A DNA stretch of 62,316 bases from Alloprevotella sp. (GCA_963627615.1 CAVGBV010000002.1:1-62316), one strand, 5' to 3'. Positions 9,267 through 18,993 are shown, counted from the stretch's first letter. Made by a program: numbers and translations. Notes: a model not told the origin generated them from the letters alone.

Positions 9267-10188
9267 GACACTGCGGACTTCGGTAGAGGAGGGACGGGAG
9301 TATCTGGAACGCTGCGTTTGCGTAAGGGAAGGACAGACGCTGGAACAGGTTTTGGATCGGACTCTATGGGGGAGCATGTTCGAAGTGTGTCCCCTGCTGC
9401 CGGAAAAGTCAGTGGACCTGATCATTGCGGATCCGCCGTATAATCTGACCAAGAACTATAACGGCAGCCGCTTTCAGAAGAAAAAAGCAGAAGAATACGA
9501 AGATTATACGCGGCGATGGCTGCGGGCAGTGTACCCGCTCTTAAAAGAAGACGGCTCTATCTATGTCTGCTGTGACTGGGAGAGCAGTCTGATTATCGGC
9601 CGGGTTCTAAGCGAGATGTTTCAGGTGCGTAACAGAATCACCTGGCAGAGAGAAAAAGGGCGCGGCGCCAAGAGAAACTGGAAGAACGGGATGGAGGATA
9701 TCTGGTTCGCGACCAAAGGCAGCAGTTATACCTTCCATCTGGACGCTGTAAAGCTGCGGCGGAAGGTGTTGGCGCCATACCGGACAGAAGGAGTTCCTAA
9801 GGACTGGACCGAGAGTGATGGCAACCGTTACCGCGATACCTGCCCGTCCAACTTCTGGGATGATATCACGATTCCCTTTTGGTCCATGGCGGAAAATACA
9901 GCGCATCCGACACAGAAGCCGGAGAAGCTGATCGCGAAGATCCTTCTGGCGAGTTCGTCGGAGGGGGACGTCGTGCTGGACCCTTTTTTGGGATCCGGGA
10001 CGACCAGCGTCGCAGCCAGGAAGCTGGGACGGCATTATATTGGAATTGAGTCCGAGGCTCGGTACTGCGTATGGGCGGAACAGCGCCTGGAGGCGGCAGA
10101 AACGGATACCAGGATTCAGGGATATCAGGATGGTGTATTTTGGGAGAGAAATTCTGTCCCGGCAGAGAAAAAGGCTGGTCATCCATAA
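9241..10188 (+). CDS. Beta-class DNA methyltransferase (N6-adenine / N4-cytosine family), apparently orphan
   Basis: Motif IV IIADPPYNL lies upstream of motif I DPFLGSGTT, the beta-class order. HPTQKPEKL is also present. ATG 9241 overlaps the ATPase 3' end by 26 nt. The 9100 start in the ORF track is an Arg-rich readthrough of the ATPase tail. Confidence 0.8.
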   Translation: MEERTGKNKTLRTSVEEGREYLERCVCVREGQTLEQVLDRTLWGSMFEVCPLLPEKSVDLIIADPPYNLTKNYNGSRFQKKKAEEYEDYTRRWLRAVYPLLKEDGSIYVCCDWESSLIIGRVLSEMFQVRNRITWQREKGRGAKRNWKNGMEDIWFATKGSSYTFHLDAVKLRRKVLAPYRTEGVPKDWTESDGNRYRDTCPSNFWDDITIPFWSMAENTAHPTQKPEKLIAKILLASSSEGDVVLDPFLGSGTTSVAARKLGRHYIGIESEARYCVWAEQRLEAAETDTRIQGYQDGVFWERNSVPAEKKAGHP

Positions 10189-10205
10189 CGGAGAGACCAG
10201 CCTTT
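10167..10205. terminator. Bidirectional hairpin between convergent methyltransferase and esterase genes
   Basis: 8-bp stem GGCTGGTC / GACCAGCC (10173-10180 / 10195-10202) flanked by an A-run and TTT. Confidence 0.4.
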
Positions 10206-10209
10206 GCTG

Positions 10210-11271
10210 TTATTGATCATGCCGGGTCAGGAAGTTCAGAAAATGATCCCAGTCATAGCGGCTTAAGAAGTGTGTGCCGCGCCGGATATGGTAGCCAATG
10301 CGTCCTTCCGGGTAACTGTCCGGGGGGACGGGAAGCCGGTCTTCACACACAAGAGGCTGGACGCCGAGAAGCGTGTAGACACGCCCGGCTTCCACCGCGC
10401 TTAAGAATTCTGACGCGGGATCCGCCCAGGTATCTTCCTCAGCACTGGCGACATACAGGAGACGGGGCGCAACCAGGGCCAGAAGAAAATGCTGATCAAA
10501 GGGCATAGCGTCCTCGCGGCCTTTGTACTGCTGATAATTGGGACAGAACCAGTAGGGGAAGTTGGTGCTGATTACCTGTACATTTTCACCAACTTTGCCG
10601 CGGGTAATTGCGGCGCCGCTGCATCCGGAATTATTGGAGTATACAGCATAGAAGCGAGTGTCGCAGGCTCCGGCCCACAGGGCGGTTTTGCCAAGACGGG
10701 AATGTCCGGCAACCGCGATTTTTTCATGGCAGATCTCGGGACGTGTCAACAGGTAATCCAATACACGCGATGCGGCAAAGGACCACAGGCTGATGGTTCC
10801 GGGATCCTCCGGCTGACGCGGCACCGTGATGTAGAGCGGACCCAGGCCGGAAGTGAAACCATCGTTCGTATCGTTGGCAACATCGCGGTAGAAGAAGCCG
10901 GCAATGGCAAAACCATGGTCGATCAATTCTTCCATGGGAGAGGAATCGTTATCCGGAAGGGGAGAGAACGAGATGTGTACTACGGCCGGAACAGGCTGCT
11001 CTGACTTGGGAACTACCAGATAGAATGGGAAAGTAAACGGACCCTTGGGCGTATCAAAGGTCAGCGCGATTTGCTGACGCACAGCTTTTCCGGCGTAAGC
11101 GGCTTTTTCTTCCAGAATCTGAGCGTGTACGCATTCCGGCGCAGGCGGGATGGCGCCGTAGATCTCCTTTTCCAGTATTTTTTGAATCTCCGCGCGCCGA
11201 ACGGGCCAGGGAGTATCATCCGGGAGAATCTCCGGTAGATGACGAAGCTGCAATTCTGTTTGTAGTGACAT
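10210..11271 (-). CDS. Alpha/beta hydrolase, glucuronoyl-esterase (CE15)-like
   Basis: 353 aa. GHSRLGKTALWAG resembles the CE15 G-C-S-R-x-G nucleophile motif. AAGGAGG RBS. Confidence 0.5.
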   Translation of the reverse strand: MSLQTELQLRHLPEILPDDTPWPVRRAEIQKILEKEIYGAIPPAPECVHAQILEEKAAYAGKAVRQQIALTFDTPKGPFTFPFYLVVPKSEQPVPAVVHISFSPLPDNDSSPMEELIDHGFAIAGFFYRDVANDTNDGFTSGLGPLYITVPRQPEDPGTISLWSFAASRVLDYLLTRPEICHEKIAVAGHSRLGKTALWAGACDTRFYAVYSNNSGCSGAAITRGKVGENVQVISTNFPYWFCPNYQQYKGREDAMPFDQHFLLALVAPRLLYVASAEEDTWADPASEFLSAVEAGRVYTLLGVQPLVCEDRLPVPPDSYPEGRIGYHIRRGTHFLSRYDWDHFLNFLTRHDQ

Positions 11272-11285
11272 AGTGTGACCTCCTT

Positions 11286-11320
11286 TGATATAAAAATAAA
11301 AGGGCGCAAAAACAGCACCC
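11286..11320 (-). terminator. Rho-independent terminator after the HIT gene
   Basis: On the minus strand, AGGGTGC / GCGCCCT stem followed by TTTATTTTTAT. Confidence 0.5.
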
Positions 11321-11327
11321 TTTAGAG

Positions 11328-11753
11328 TTACAGGTTGTCCTTGATCTTCTGGATCAGCTCTGCGTATTCAGCGTCGCTCAAGGTCTTGACACCGGGATTC
11401 ATGGCAAATACACCGCCCCACTCATATTCGTCTTTGTATTTGGGAACGAGGTGGAAGTGCAGATGATGTCCGGTATCGCCATAAGCGCCGTAGTTGACCT
11501 TGTCCGGATGGAAGGCGGCCTGCAGCGCACGGGAAACATGGGCGATGTCAGCAAAGAAAGCGTTCCGCTCCTCGTCAGAGAGCAGGGTCATATCGCCAAG
11601 ATGGCGCTTGTGAGCAACAATAACACGGCCGGGATGGCTCTGCTCCTTAAAAAGGTACAGCTTACTGGTGGGAAGCTCGCAGATCTTGATGCCGAACTGA
11701 TCCAGCTTCTCGTCCTCCATGCAATATGCGCAATTGGTATCTTTGATGTCCAT
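11328..11753 (-). CDS. HIT (histidine triad) family protein
   Basis: HLHFHLVP histidine-triad motif; 141 aa. Confidence 0.85.
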   Translation of the reverse strand: MDIKDTNCAYCMEDEKLDQFGIKICELPTSKLYLFKEQSHPGRVIVAHKRHLGDMTLLSDEERNAFFADIAHVSRALQAAFHPDKVNYGAYGDTGHHLHFHLVPKYKDEYEWGGVFAMNPGVKTLSDAEYAELIQKIKDNL

Positions 11754-11834
11754 AGTTAAGTCCTTTCTCCGCGTGAGCGGTTTCAGTTGATATTAGGATT
11801 GTAGTACAAAGTTGGGTTTTTGTCAATAAAACGG

Positions 11835-11862
11835 TTGACATTTCGGGAGGAATCGGTACAAT
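11835..11862 (+). promoter_or_regulatory. Near-consensus SigA promoter for the CYTH/NERD gene pair
   Basis: TTGACA (11835-11840), 16 nt, TACAAT (11857-11862). Confidence 0.55.
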
Positions 11863-11884
11863 AAATAGGAGGGAGGGGAGTCAG

Positions 11885-12337
11885 ATGGAGATCGAACGAA
11901 AATTCCTGGTAGAGAAGCTGCCGGAAATGCCGGCGGCGGAAGCGATTCATATAGAACAGGGGTATATCAGTACGGATCCGGTGATTCGAATCCGCTCCTG
12001 GAACAACGGAAGAGAACAGCGGTATATCCTGACGGTCAAAGGCGGCGGAATGATCGTCCGCGAAGAATACGAATTGGAGATTACTTCTCGCCAATTTGAG
12101 GGGCTGAAGGAAAAGTGTACAGGACGGTTTATCGATAAAACACGATATATATATCCTTTAGAGAACGGCCTGAAGGCCGAAGTAGATGTGTTCGGGGGCA
12201 CGCAGCAGGGATTGATCCTGGCTGAGGTGGAATTTTTGAGTGAGGACGGGATGCGGGAGTTTCAGAAGCCGGAGTGGTTCGGTGAGGAGGTATCCCAGGA
12301 TCCGCGCTATCACAATAGTAATATGACGAGGGCATAA
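11885..12337 (+). CDS. CYTH-domain protein (CyaB-type cyclase / triphosphatase fold)
   Basis: The N-terminal MEIERKFLV contains the ExExK CYTH signature. 150 aa. Strong RBS and a near-consensus promoter upstream. Confidence 0.75.
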   Translation: MEIERKFLVEKLPEMPAAEAIHIEQGYISTDPVIRIRSWNNGREQRYILTVKGGGMIVREEYELEITSRQFEGLKEKCTGRFIDKTRYIYPLENGLKAEVDVFGGTQQGLILAEVEFLSEDGMREFQKPEWFGEEVSQDPRYHNSNMTRA

Positions 12338-12356
12338 AGAGCAGGAGGAATTCGAT

Positions 12357-13823
12357 ATGATTATGGCGGCGGACGAGCTGCGGCAAAGGGCGGAAGCGGG
12401 GGACGCCAACGCACAGTATCTGTTGGCGCTGAAATATTACAAGGGAAGCGGAGAGGTCAAGGATCCGCGGCAGGGATATCTCTGGATCAAGGTGGCGGCA
12501 GAGGGCGGATGCCTGAAAGCACAGAAGGCATTGGGTCTGTTGTATACCAGTGCGCAGCATGCGCCGTATCCGGATGAGAATCCGGAGGAGGCCATCCGGA
12601 TGTATCAGATGGCAGCGCTTCAGGATGACGCGGAAGCGCAGTATTGGCTGGGAAAATGTTATCTGACCGGTTATGGTACGCCGGTTTCCGAAGAAGAGGG
12701 CAAGCGGTGGATTAGTGCGGCGCGGGCCAAGGGCTATGACGAGGAGCCGGACCAGCTGGTCAGCCGACCGGAGGGAGAAGAGGCGTCCAAGAGTGCCTGG
12801 GAATTCTCCAAGGGGGAAGGAACGCCGGACAGTGTGCGCTACGGTGTGCCGACGGATGAGGAGGATAAACCGCGCAGCATGGCGATCGGAGAGGCGAAGC
12901 CGGTGGAAAAAGCGCCGGCATTCGCGATGGATTACCTCAAGACCGGGTTGATTTTTGCTGGCGTTGGTTTGCTGGCCGGCCTTTTGTTGGCCGGCCTGGC
13001 GGCGTTGATCCTGACGCTGTTATCCGGAGGGAGTTCTCTGTACGGCATTATAACGGCGGGACTTGCTATATTGGGCGCCGGAATCGGATTCTATTATGGC
13101 TATCAGGTCGCGCATCAGCGGGCGGTGGACCGGATCTATTTCCGCGGTACCCCCTTTTATCAGCAGCACCAGAAGGACTATGAAGAGATGGATCGGGCCG
13201 GGCAGAGTCAGTATGAGATCTACGTCACTTTGCAGAAGGAACTGCAGCCTTTTTGCTATAACAGTCAGCGGCTGCCGCGGTCGCCTTTTGGAAATTACCG
13301 GGGATACATGATACCGTCTATGATTCTGCCGGGCAGAAAGGCAATGACGGTGATCGATCTTCTGCTGGTCAGTGAGAAGGGGATCTATGTGATCAATGTG
13401 AGCGGAATCACAGGAAACATCAGCGGGCGGGCGGATGATGAAGAGTGGAAGGTGCAGGGCTATACGGGCCGTGTGCGATATATGGCCAATCCGCTTCTGA
13501 AAAACGAAGCTGACATTCAGTCGCTGCAGGACGCGCTCAGAGCCCTTTGCCCGGGCTTCTGGCTGCATGATATTCCAATCTACTCGGTTGTGGTTTTCGG
13601 CGGGCATACCAATGTGGACAAGATTGAGGGGATCTCCAAAGAGGAGAATGTTCATGTGCTGGTCGGCGGCGGAGAGAAGGTCCGGGGATTTATGGAGATG
13701 CAGGAGAGCCGTCACGTCCTGCGGACTGGGGAGATGGCGCAGGTTATGAAGGCGATTGAGCATCTGCTGCGGCAGTATCCGGAGAATAAGAGAATCGCGG
13801 ATCGGGAGAAAAAGTACAATTAA
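12357..13823 (+). CDS. Sel1-repeat / two-TM / degenerate NERD-domain membrane protein
   Basis: N-terminal Sel1-like repeats (AEAGDANAQYLLALKYY, AAEGGCLKAQKALGLLY, DDAEAQYWLGKCYLTGYG). Two hydrophobic helices. The C-terminal NERD-like block VIDLLLVSEKGIYVINVSGITGNISG...EEW has N/S where the NERD E-x-K is expected. Confidence 0.55.
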   Translation: MIMAADELRQRAEAGDANAQYLLALKYYKGSGEVKDPRQGYLWIKVAAEGGCLKAQKALGLLYTSAQHAPYPDENPEEAIRMYQMAALQDDAEAQYWLGKCYLTGYGTPVSEEEGKRWISAARAKGYDEEPDQLVSRPEGEEASKSAWEFSKGEGTPDSVRYGVPTDEEDKPRSMAIGEAKPVEKAPAFAMDYLKTGLIFAGVGLLAGLLLAGLAALILTLLSGGSSLYGIITAGLAILGAGIGFYYGYQVAHQRAVDRIYFRGTPFYQQHQKDYEEMDRAGQSQYEIYVTLQKELQPFCYNSQRLPRSPFGNYRGYMIPSMILPGRKAMTVIDLLLVSEKGIYVINVSGITGNISGRADDEEWKVQGYTGRVRYMANPLLKNEADIQSLQDALRALCPGFWLHDIPIYSVVVFGGHTNVDKIEGISKEENVHVLVGGGEKVRGFMEMQESRHVLRTGEMAQVMKAIEHLLRQYPENKRIADREKKYN

Positions 13824-13837
13824 GAACGATAAAACGG

Positions 13838-13869
13838 GCGAACAACAGCGAATTGTTGTTCGCTTTTTT
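13838..13869 (+). terminator. Rho-independent terminator after the Sel1-NERD gene
   Basis: GCGAACAAC / GTTGTTCGC stem (13838-13846 / 13855-13863) followed by TTTTTT. Confidence 0.75.
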
Positions 13870-13992
13870 ATGTTTTTCGCTGTAAAAAACTGTTAAAATG
13901 ACGCGAAAGTATGCCATATATTTAGAAAAGTGAAGGAGAAAGCATATGTTGGAAAAGGTGAAATAGTGCGAAAATATAGACGGTGGAAAGAA

Positions 13993-14158
13993 TGTGGAGT
14001 ATATGTGGATAAGAAAAGATAAAAAAGCTATAAAAAAGGGTTATTCACAAAGTTGTCCACATTGTCCACATTACTGGGGATAAAATGTGGAGGATTTAAA
14101 AATGCAAGTGGAGTTGTCCGCCTCTTGCAAAGAGTTATCCACTTGAAAATGTGGATAA
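13993..14158. promoter_or_regulatory. DnaA-box cluster
   Basis: Two perfect TTATCCACA boxes, read as TGTGGATAA at 14004-14012 and 14150-14158. One-mismatch boxes: TTATTCACA 14041-14049, TTGTCCACA 14053-14061 and 14062-14070, TTATCCACT 14135-14143. Two-mismatch boxes at 13993-14001 and 14086-14094. Confidence 0.65.
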
Positions 14159-14294
14159 CTTCATACAAATTTGTGTTCGTATAAAAGAGGATTCCGATGT
14201 TCCGTGTCGAATAGAGAAAATACAGGCGGTCGGAAGGACACGGAAGACCGGGTTCCTGATGGACGTTTGAGAATTGAAGTAAGGGAGTGTTTTT

Positions 14295-14831
14295 ATGAGG
14301 TACGAGTTTAAGGGCCGCGACATTGAGATCACAGAGAATCTGAAGGAAATGTCTGAGAAGAAGCTGGAGCGGCTGAGCAAGTTCTTTTCTCCCGATACTA
14401 AAGTTTATGTGACATACAGAGTGGAGAATCGAAGTGTGGCGGCAGAAGTTACGATTCCGGTACAGGGCGCGTCTCCGATACGGGCCGAAGCCAGGGATGC
14501 GGACAAATACGCGGCGTTGGATCAGGCGATGGACAAGCTGGAACGTCAGATTGTCCGTTATAGAAAGAAGCTGCAGACAAGAGCCAAAGCAGACAGGACA
14601 TGGAATACAAAATATTTTGAGGATGTTCCCGGTGAAGAGGAAGAGGCCATGGTCATCCGCAGAATCAAGAGGGTACCGGCCAAGCCGATGGATGTCAATG
14701 AAGCCTGCCTGCAGATGGAGCTTCTGGGACATGATTTCTTTGTGTTCCGTAATGTGGCCAATCAGCAGATCAGCGTGGTGTACAAGCGGAAGGAGCCTGG
14801 CACCTATGGACTGATCGAGCCGGAGGAATGA
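14295..14831 (+). CDS. hpf: Ribosome hibernation promoting factor (long form)
   Basis: 178 aa with an N-terminal S30AE/RaiA domain and a C-terminal dimerisation domain (HDFFVFRN...SVVYKRK..YGLIEP). Sits upstream of secA-prfB, as in Bacillus. Confidence 0.9.
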   Translation: MRYEFKGRDIEITENLKEMSEKKLERLSKFFSPDTKVYVTYRVENRSVAAEVTIPVQGASPIRAEARDADKYAALDQAMDKLERQIVRYRKKLQTRAKADRTWNTKYFEDVPGEEEEAMVIRRIKRVPAKPMDVNEACLQMELLGHDFFVFRNVANQQISVVYKRKEPGTYGLIEPEE

Positions 14832-15119
14832 CAATCGGTTCATAATAATATAGAATATTGAGACCCAGGGAGGAGTGTGATGCCCATGCAGACACCAGGC
14901 GAACAGCATTAGAGTGTCAGGAAAGGGGGAATGCCTTCTAACAAAATATGAGATTCGTGTATAAGATCTGTTGAATAGAAGCCCGTCCAGGAGAATCCAT
15001 CCAATACGCACAGCCCTTTTTACAGAAAAGGGAAGAAAATGTGAAGCGGCCGGAGCGGTCGGAGTGTGGAGAAGCCTGGACGGGCCTTGTATTTCGCATA
15101 TTTGTTTACAAAATAGAGG

Positions 15120-15148
15120 TTGCATGAAATGGGGATTGGTGTTACAAT
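15120..15148 (+). promoter_or_regulatory. SigA-type promoter upstream of secA
   Basis: TTGCAT (15120-15125), 17 nt, TACAAT (15143-15148), preceded by TGT. Confidence 0.45.
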
Positions 15149-15217
15149 AACTAGGATGGCATAGTGCCAGTTTTTTGTGATTCTTTGCAGATTTGAATAT
15201 AAATACGAGGTGGAAGA

Positions 15218-17806
15218 ATGGGATGGATTGAAAAGATCTTTGGCAATACGAGCGCCAAGGAGATCCGGAGGATTGAACCGATCGTCCGCAAGATTGAGAG
15301 CTATGACGAAGCCATGCAGAAGCTCAGCGACAGTGAGCTGGCGGCCAAGACAGACGAGTTTAAAAAGAGACTGGCTGAAGGGGAGACATTGGATGACCTT
15401 TTGCCGGAGGCATATGCCGTAGTACGGGAAGCGACAGGGAGAGTGCTCCATACCAAGCATTTCCGCGTACAGCTCATGGGCGGTATTGTCCTGCATCAGG
15501 GCCGAATCGCCGAGATGAAAACCGGTGAAGGTAAGACGCAGGTAGCCCTTCTTCCGGCGTATCTGAACGCGCTGGAGGGGAAGGGCGTACATGTGGTCAC
15601 TGTCAACGACTACCTGGCCAGCCGTGACGCGCAGTGGATGGGACAGGTACACCGTTTCCTTGGCCTGACGGTGGGCTGTATTCTGAATGATATGAATAAC
15701 GACCAGCGTCGGGAAGCCTACCAGTGTGATATCACTTACGGTACCAACAATGAATTCGGATTTGACTATCTGCGGGACAATATGGTCGTTTACAAGAATC
15801 GGATGGTACAGCGCGGTCTGCATTACGCGATCATCGATGAGGTGGACTCCGTATTGATCGATGAAGCCAGAACTCCGCTGATTATTTCCGGCCGCAGCGG
15901 TAAGTCTACCAATCTTTATAAGCAGGCGGATCTGTTGGCATCCCGCCTGAAGAAGGGCCGCATTGTCGGGGATCAGAGCAAGCTGGCAATGATGATGAAT
16001 GAAGAGGTCCAGGAAGAGGGAGACTTTGTTGTAGATGAAAAGGAAAAGTCCTGCACACTGACAGCGGATGGTATCCGCAAGGCGGAGCAGTACTTCAAGC
16101 TGGAGAATCTGGGAGATCCGGAGAACGCGGAGATTCTGCACCATATCAATACAGCCTTAAAGGCGCGGTATCTGATGGCGCGGGATAAGGACTACGTGGT
16201 CAAGGACGGACAGATCATCATCGTAGATGAGTTTACGGGCCGCCTGATGCCCGGCCGCCGCTATTCGGACGGTCTGCACCAGGCAATCGAGGCGAAGGAA
16301 GATGTAGAGGTAAAGCGGGAGAGCAAGACGCTGGCGACCATTACCTTCCAGAACTATTTTAATAAATATGACAAAAAAGCAGGTATGACCGGTACGGCCA
16401 AGACGGAAGAGGGAGAATTCCAGGATATATACGGTATGGACGTTGTGGAGATCCCGACCAACCGTCCGGTGGCGCGTAAGGATTATCCGGATATGGTCTT
16501 TAAGACCAAAAAAGAAAAATATCAGGCGGCGGTGGAGGAGATCGTGGAGTCTCATGCCAAGGGCCAGCCGGTGCTGGTCGGCACGATCACTATCGAGGAT
16601 TCCGAATTGGTCAGCGGCATGCTGAAGCGTGCCGGCATTCCGCACAATGTACTGAATGCCAAGTTCCATGAGAGAGAGGCCGAGATTGTAGCGTTGGCTG
16701 GTCAGAAGGGCGCGGTTACGATCGCGACCAACATGGCAGGACGAGGTACGGATATCAAGCTGGGAGAAGGCGTGGCGGATCTGGGAGGACTGAAGATCAT
16801 CGGTACCGAACGGCATGAGGCGAGACGTATCGATAATCAGCTCCGCGGACGTGCAGGACGTCAGGGGGATAAGGGTGAATCCCGTTTCTATATCTCTATG
16901 GAAGACGATCTGATGCGTATTTTCGGCGGGGAGCGTATGAAGGCGATTCTGGAGAGGCTTCGGCTGCCGGAAGGCCAGCCCATCAGCGATAAGACGCTGT
17001 CCGGCGCGATCGAGCGTTCCCAGAAGCGCGTGGAGGAGAACAACTTCGGAATTCGTAAGCGCCTGCTGGAATACGATCAGGTAATGAACGAACAGCGCGA
17101 GATTATCTATGAGCAGCGCCGTCAGGTGCTGGAGGGCGAGAATCTGCGCCCGACGTTGATGAAGATGCTGGAGGATATCATTCATTATTATGTAAATGAT
17201 ATGGCCAAGGAGTCCAAGTTCTCCGGCGATTGGAATATGGCGCATCTGAATGAGGAGATTCGGCGGATTGTTCCGTTCCGTCAGATGATCACGATTCCGG
17301 AAGAGGAAAAGGATAAGATCTCGCCGGAAGAACTGAGTGAGAGAATCATTCAGGATGCCAAAAAGATGTATGAGGCCAAGGAGGAGGAACTGGCGCCGGA
17401 GGAGCGTGTGCGCGAGATTGAGCGTGTGATCATGCTGCAGGTGGTCGATCAGCATTGGACGGAGCACATCGATCTGATGGATCAGATGCGCCAGGGAATC
17501 GGTCTGCAGGCATATGCGCAGAAGAATCCTCTGGATGAGTACAAGATCGCTTCTTATGATATGTTTGAGGAGCTGGCGATGAATATTCAGGAGGATACGC
17601 TCAAGGCGATGTTCCATGTGCATATCGCGCAGAATCAGGAAGTGGAGCGTAAGGAAGTCTCCAAGGATATTTCGACCAACCGCGGAAGCGATACCAGCAA
17701 GGTGAAAAAGCCGGTCAAGCGTGCGGAAGCCAAAGTAGGGCGCAATGATCTGTGCCCCTGCGGCAGCGGGAAAAAGTATAAGAACTGCTGCGGCCGCAAT
17801 GTATAA
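15218..17806 (+). CDS. secA: Preprotein translocase ATPase SecA
   Basis: 862 aa. MKTGEGKT Walker [30 protein letters not shown]-terminal zinc finger [14 protein letters not shown]. Confidence 0.97.
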   Translation: MGWIEKIFGNTSAKEIRRIEPIVRKIESYDEAMQKLSDSELAAKTDEFKKRLAEGETLDDLLPEAYAVVREATGRVLHTKHFRVQLMGGIVLHQGRIAEMKTGEGKTQVALLPAYLNALEGKGVHVVTVNDYLASRDAQWMGQVHRFLGLTVGCILNDMNNDQRREAYQCDITYGTNNEFGFDYLRDNMVVYKNRMVQRGLHYAIIDEVDSVLIDEARTPLIISGRSGKSTNLYKQADLLASRLKKGRIVGDQSKLAMMMNEEVQEEGDFVVDEKEKSCTLTADGIRKAEQYFKLENLGDPENAEILHHINTALKARYLMARDKDYVVKDGQIIIVDEFTGRLMPGRRYSDGLHQAIEAKEDVEVKRESKTLATITFQNYFNKYDKKAGMTGTAKTEEGEFQDIYGMDVVEIPTNRPVARKDYPDMVFKTKKEKYQAAVEEIVESHAKGQPVLVGTITIEDSELVSGMLKRAGIPHNVLNAKFHEREAEIVALAGQKGAVTIATNMAGRGTDIKLGEGVADLGGLKIIGTERHEARRIDNQLRGRAGRQGDKGESRFYISMEDDLMRIFGGERMKAILERLRLPEGQPISDKTLSGAIERSQKRVEENNFGIRKRLLEYDQVMNEQREIIYEQRRQVLEGENLRPTLMKMLEDIIHYYVNDMAKESKFSGDWNMAHLNEEIRRIVPFRQMITIPEEEKDKISPEELSERIIQDAKKMYEAKEEELAPEERVREIERVIMLQVVDQHWTEHIDLMDQMRQGIGLQAYAQKNPLDEYKIASYDMFEELAMNIQEDTLKAMFHVHIAQNQEVERKEVSKDISTNRGSDTSKVKKPVKRAEAKVGRNDLCPCGSGKKYKNCCGRNV

Positions 17807-17867
17807 TCTGTGAAATCGGGCGATGGCCCTGTTTCTATAAAAATAACGACAGGAAAGGGTGAGATCT

Positions 17868-18993
17868 TTGCTTGCATTTGACGAGTACAAATTAGAGCTG
17901 GAAAAATACAAGGGAGCTGTTGAAGAACTGGGTGAGTCCCTTTAACCCGGCTGAGCTGAGGAATAAGATCGAAGAGTACGACCTCATGGCATCGGAACCG
18001 GATTTTTGGAACGATGCGGAGCGCAGTCAGAGAATTCTGCAGGAAGCGGGAGCGCTGAAGAACAAGCTGGCGGATTATGAGCATGTGATTCAGAGCTATG
18101 AAGATGCCTGCACGCTTCTGGAGATGGCGACGGAGGAGGAAGACGAATCCATGGCCGAGGAGCTGGAGCAGGAGATTCAGGACTTTAAGGACAGTTATGA
18201 GAAGTATCGTCTGAGGGCGCTTCTGTGCGACGAGTTTGACAGTAAGAACGCGATTGTGACGCTTCATGCGGGCGCGGGCGGAACAGAAGCCTGCGACTGG
18301 ACGGAGATGCTGTACAGAATGTACACAAGATGGGCGGAGAAGCAGGGCTATAAGCTGGAACTCCTGGACTATCAGGAAGGTGATGAAGCCGGAATCAAAT
18401 CCGTAACCTTCCAGGTGAACGGAGAAAACGCGTTTGGATATCTGAAGTCCGAGAAGGGAATCCACCGTCTGGTGCGGATTTCACCTTTTGACTCTTCCGG
18501 CCGCCGTCATACTTCTTTTTCTTCCTGCGATGTCATGCCGGAACTGGATGATACGATCCAGGTCGATATCGATCCGGATGATCTGCGGATTGATACCTAT
18601 CGTTCCAGCGGCGCGGGCGGACAGAAGGTTAACAAGACCAGTTCGGCGATCCGTATTACGCATCTGCCGACCGGAATCGTGGTACAGTGTCAGAATGAGC
18701 GTTCGCAGTTCCAGAACAAGGACAAGGCGATGCAGATGCTGAAGGCCAAGCTGTACGAAGTAGAGCAGGAAAAGCAGATGGAGAAGATGGCGGATATCCG
18801 GGGCGAGGTCAAGGATATTGCCTGGGGCAGCCAGATTCGGTCTTATGTATTCCATCCCTACAGTATGGTCAAGGACCTTCGGACAGGAGAAGAGACGGCA
18901 AATATTCAAGGTGTTATGGATGGAGATCTGACACCGTTTATGAATGCCTATCTGATGTGGAAGAGCAAGAAAGCAACCGGTCAGGAGGAATAA
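17868..18993 (+). CDS. prfB: Peptide chain release factor 2 (requires programmed +1 frameshift at 17940-17946)
   Basis: A short frame-0 ORF runs from TTG 17868 (LAFDEYKLELEKYKGAVEELGESL) to TAA at 17943-17945. The +1 frame continues NPAELRNKIEEYD...FWND and carries the SPF and GGQ motifs. Confidence 0.9.
17940..17946 (+). other. RF2 programmed +1 ribosomal frameshift site CTT TAA C
   Basis: CTT(17940-42) TAA(17943-45) C(17946). A purine-rich GGTGAG lies 3 nt upstream, where the internal SD-like stimulator would sit. Confidence 0.8.

Noticed and set aside
9241-11271. Restriction-modification system (methyltransferase plus adjacent gene as endonuclease).
   Set aside because: The adjacent convergent gene has an alpha/beta-hydrolase (GHSRLGK esterase) signature, not a nuclease fold. 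The upstream gene is a P-type ATPase.
13993-14158. Chromosomal replication origin (oriC) at the DnaA-box cluster.
   Set aside because: There is no dnaA, dnaN or rpmH nearby, and gene orientation is predominantly + on both sides, so there is no leading-strand switch. I could not identify a convincing DnaA-trio or unwinding element by eye. It is kept as a secondary DnaA-box cluster instead.
14971-15085. Possible structured RNA in the 386-nt hpf-secA spacer: an 11-bp long-range pairing GCCCGTCCAGG / CCTGGACGGGC enclosing a CCCTTTT/AAAAGGG hairpin.
   Set aside because: It matches no RNA family I recognise and lies upstream of the predicted secA promoter. It is most simply a complex hpf 3' terminator/UTR structure. 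It would only be worth checking in RNA-seq data.
14028-15125. 365-aa minus-strand ORF spanning the DnaA-box region, hpf and the hpf-secA spacer.
   Set aside because: It runs antisense to a clearly real hpf gene and through AT-rich intergenic DNA. No motifs and no RBS.
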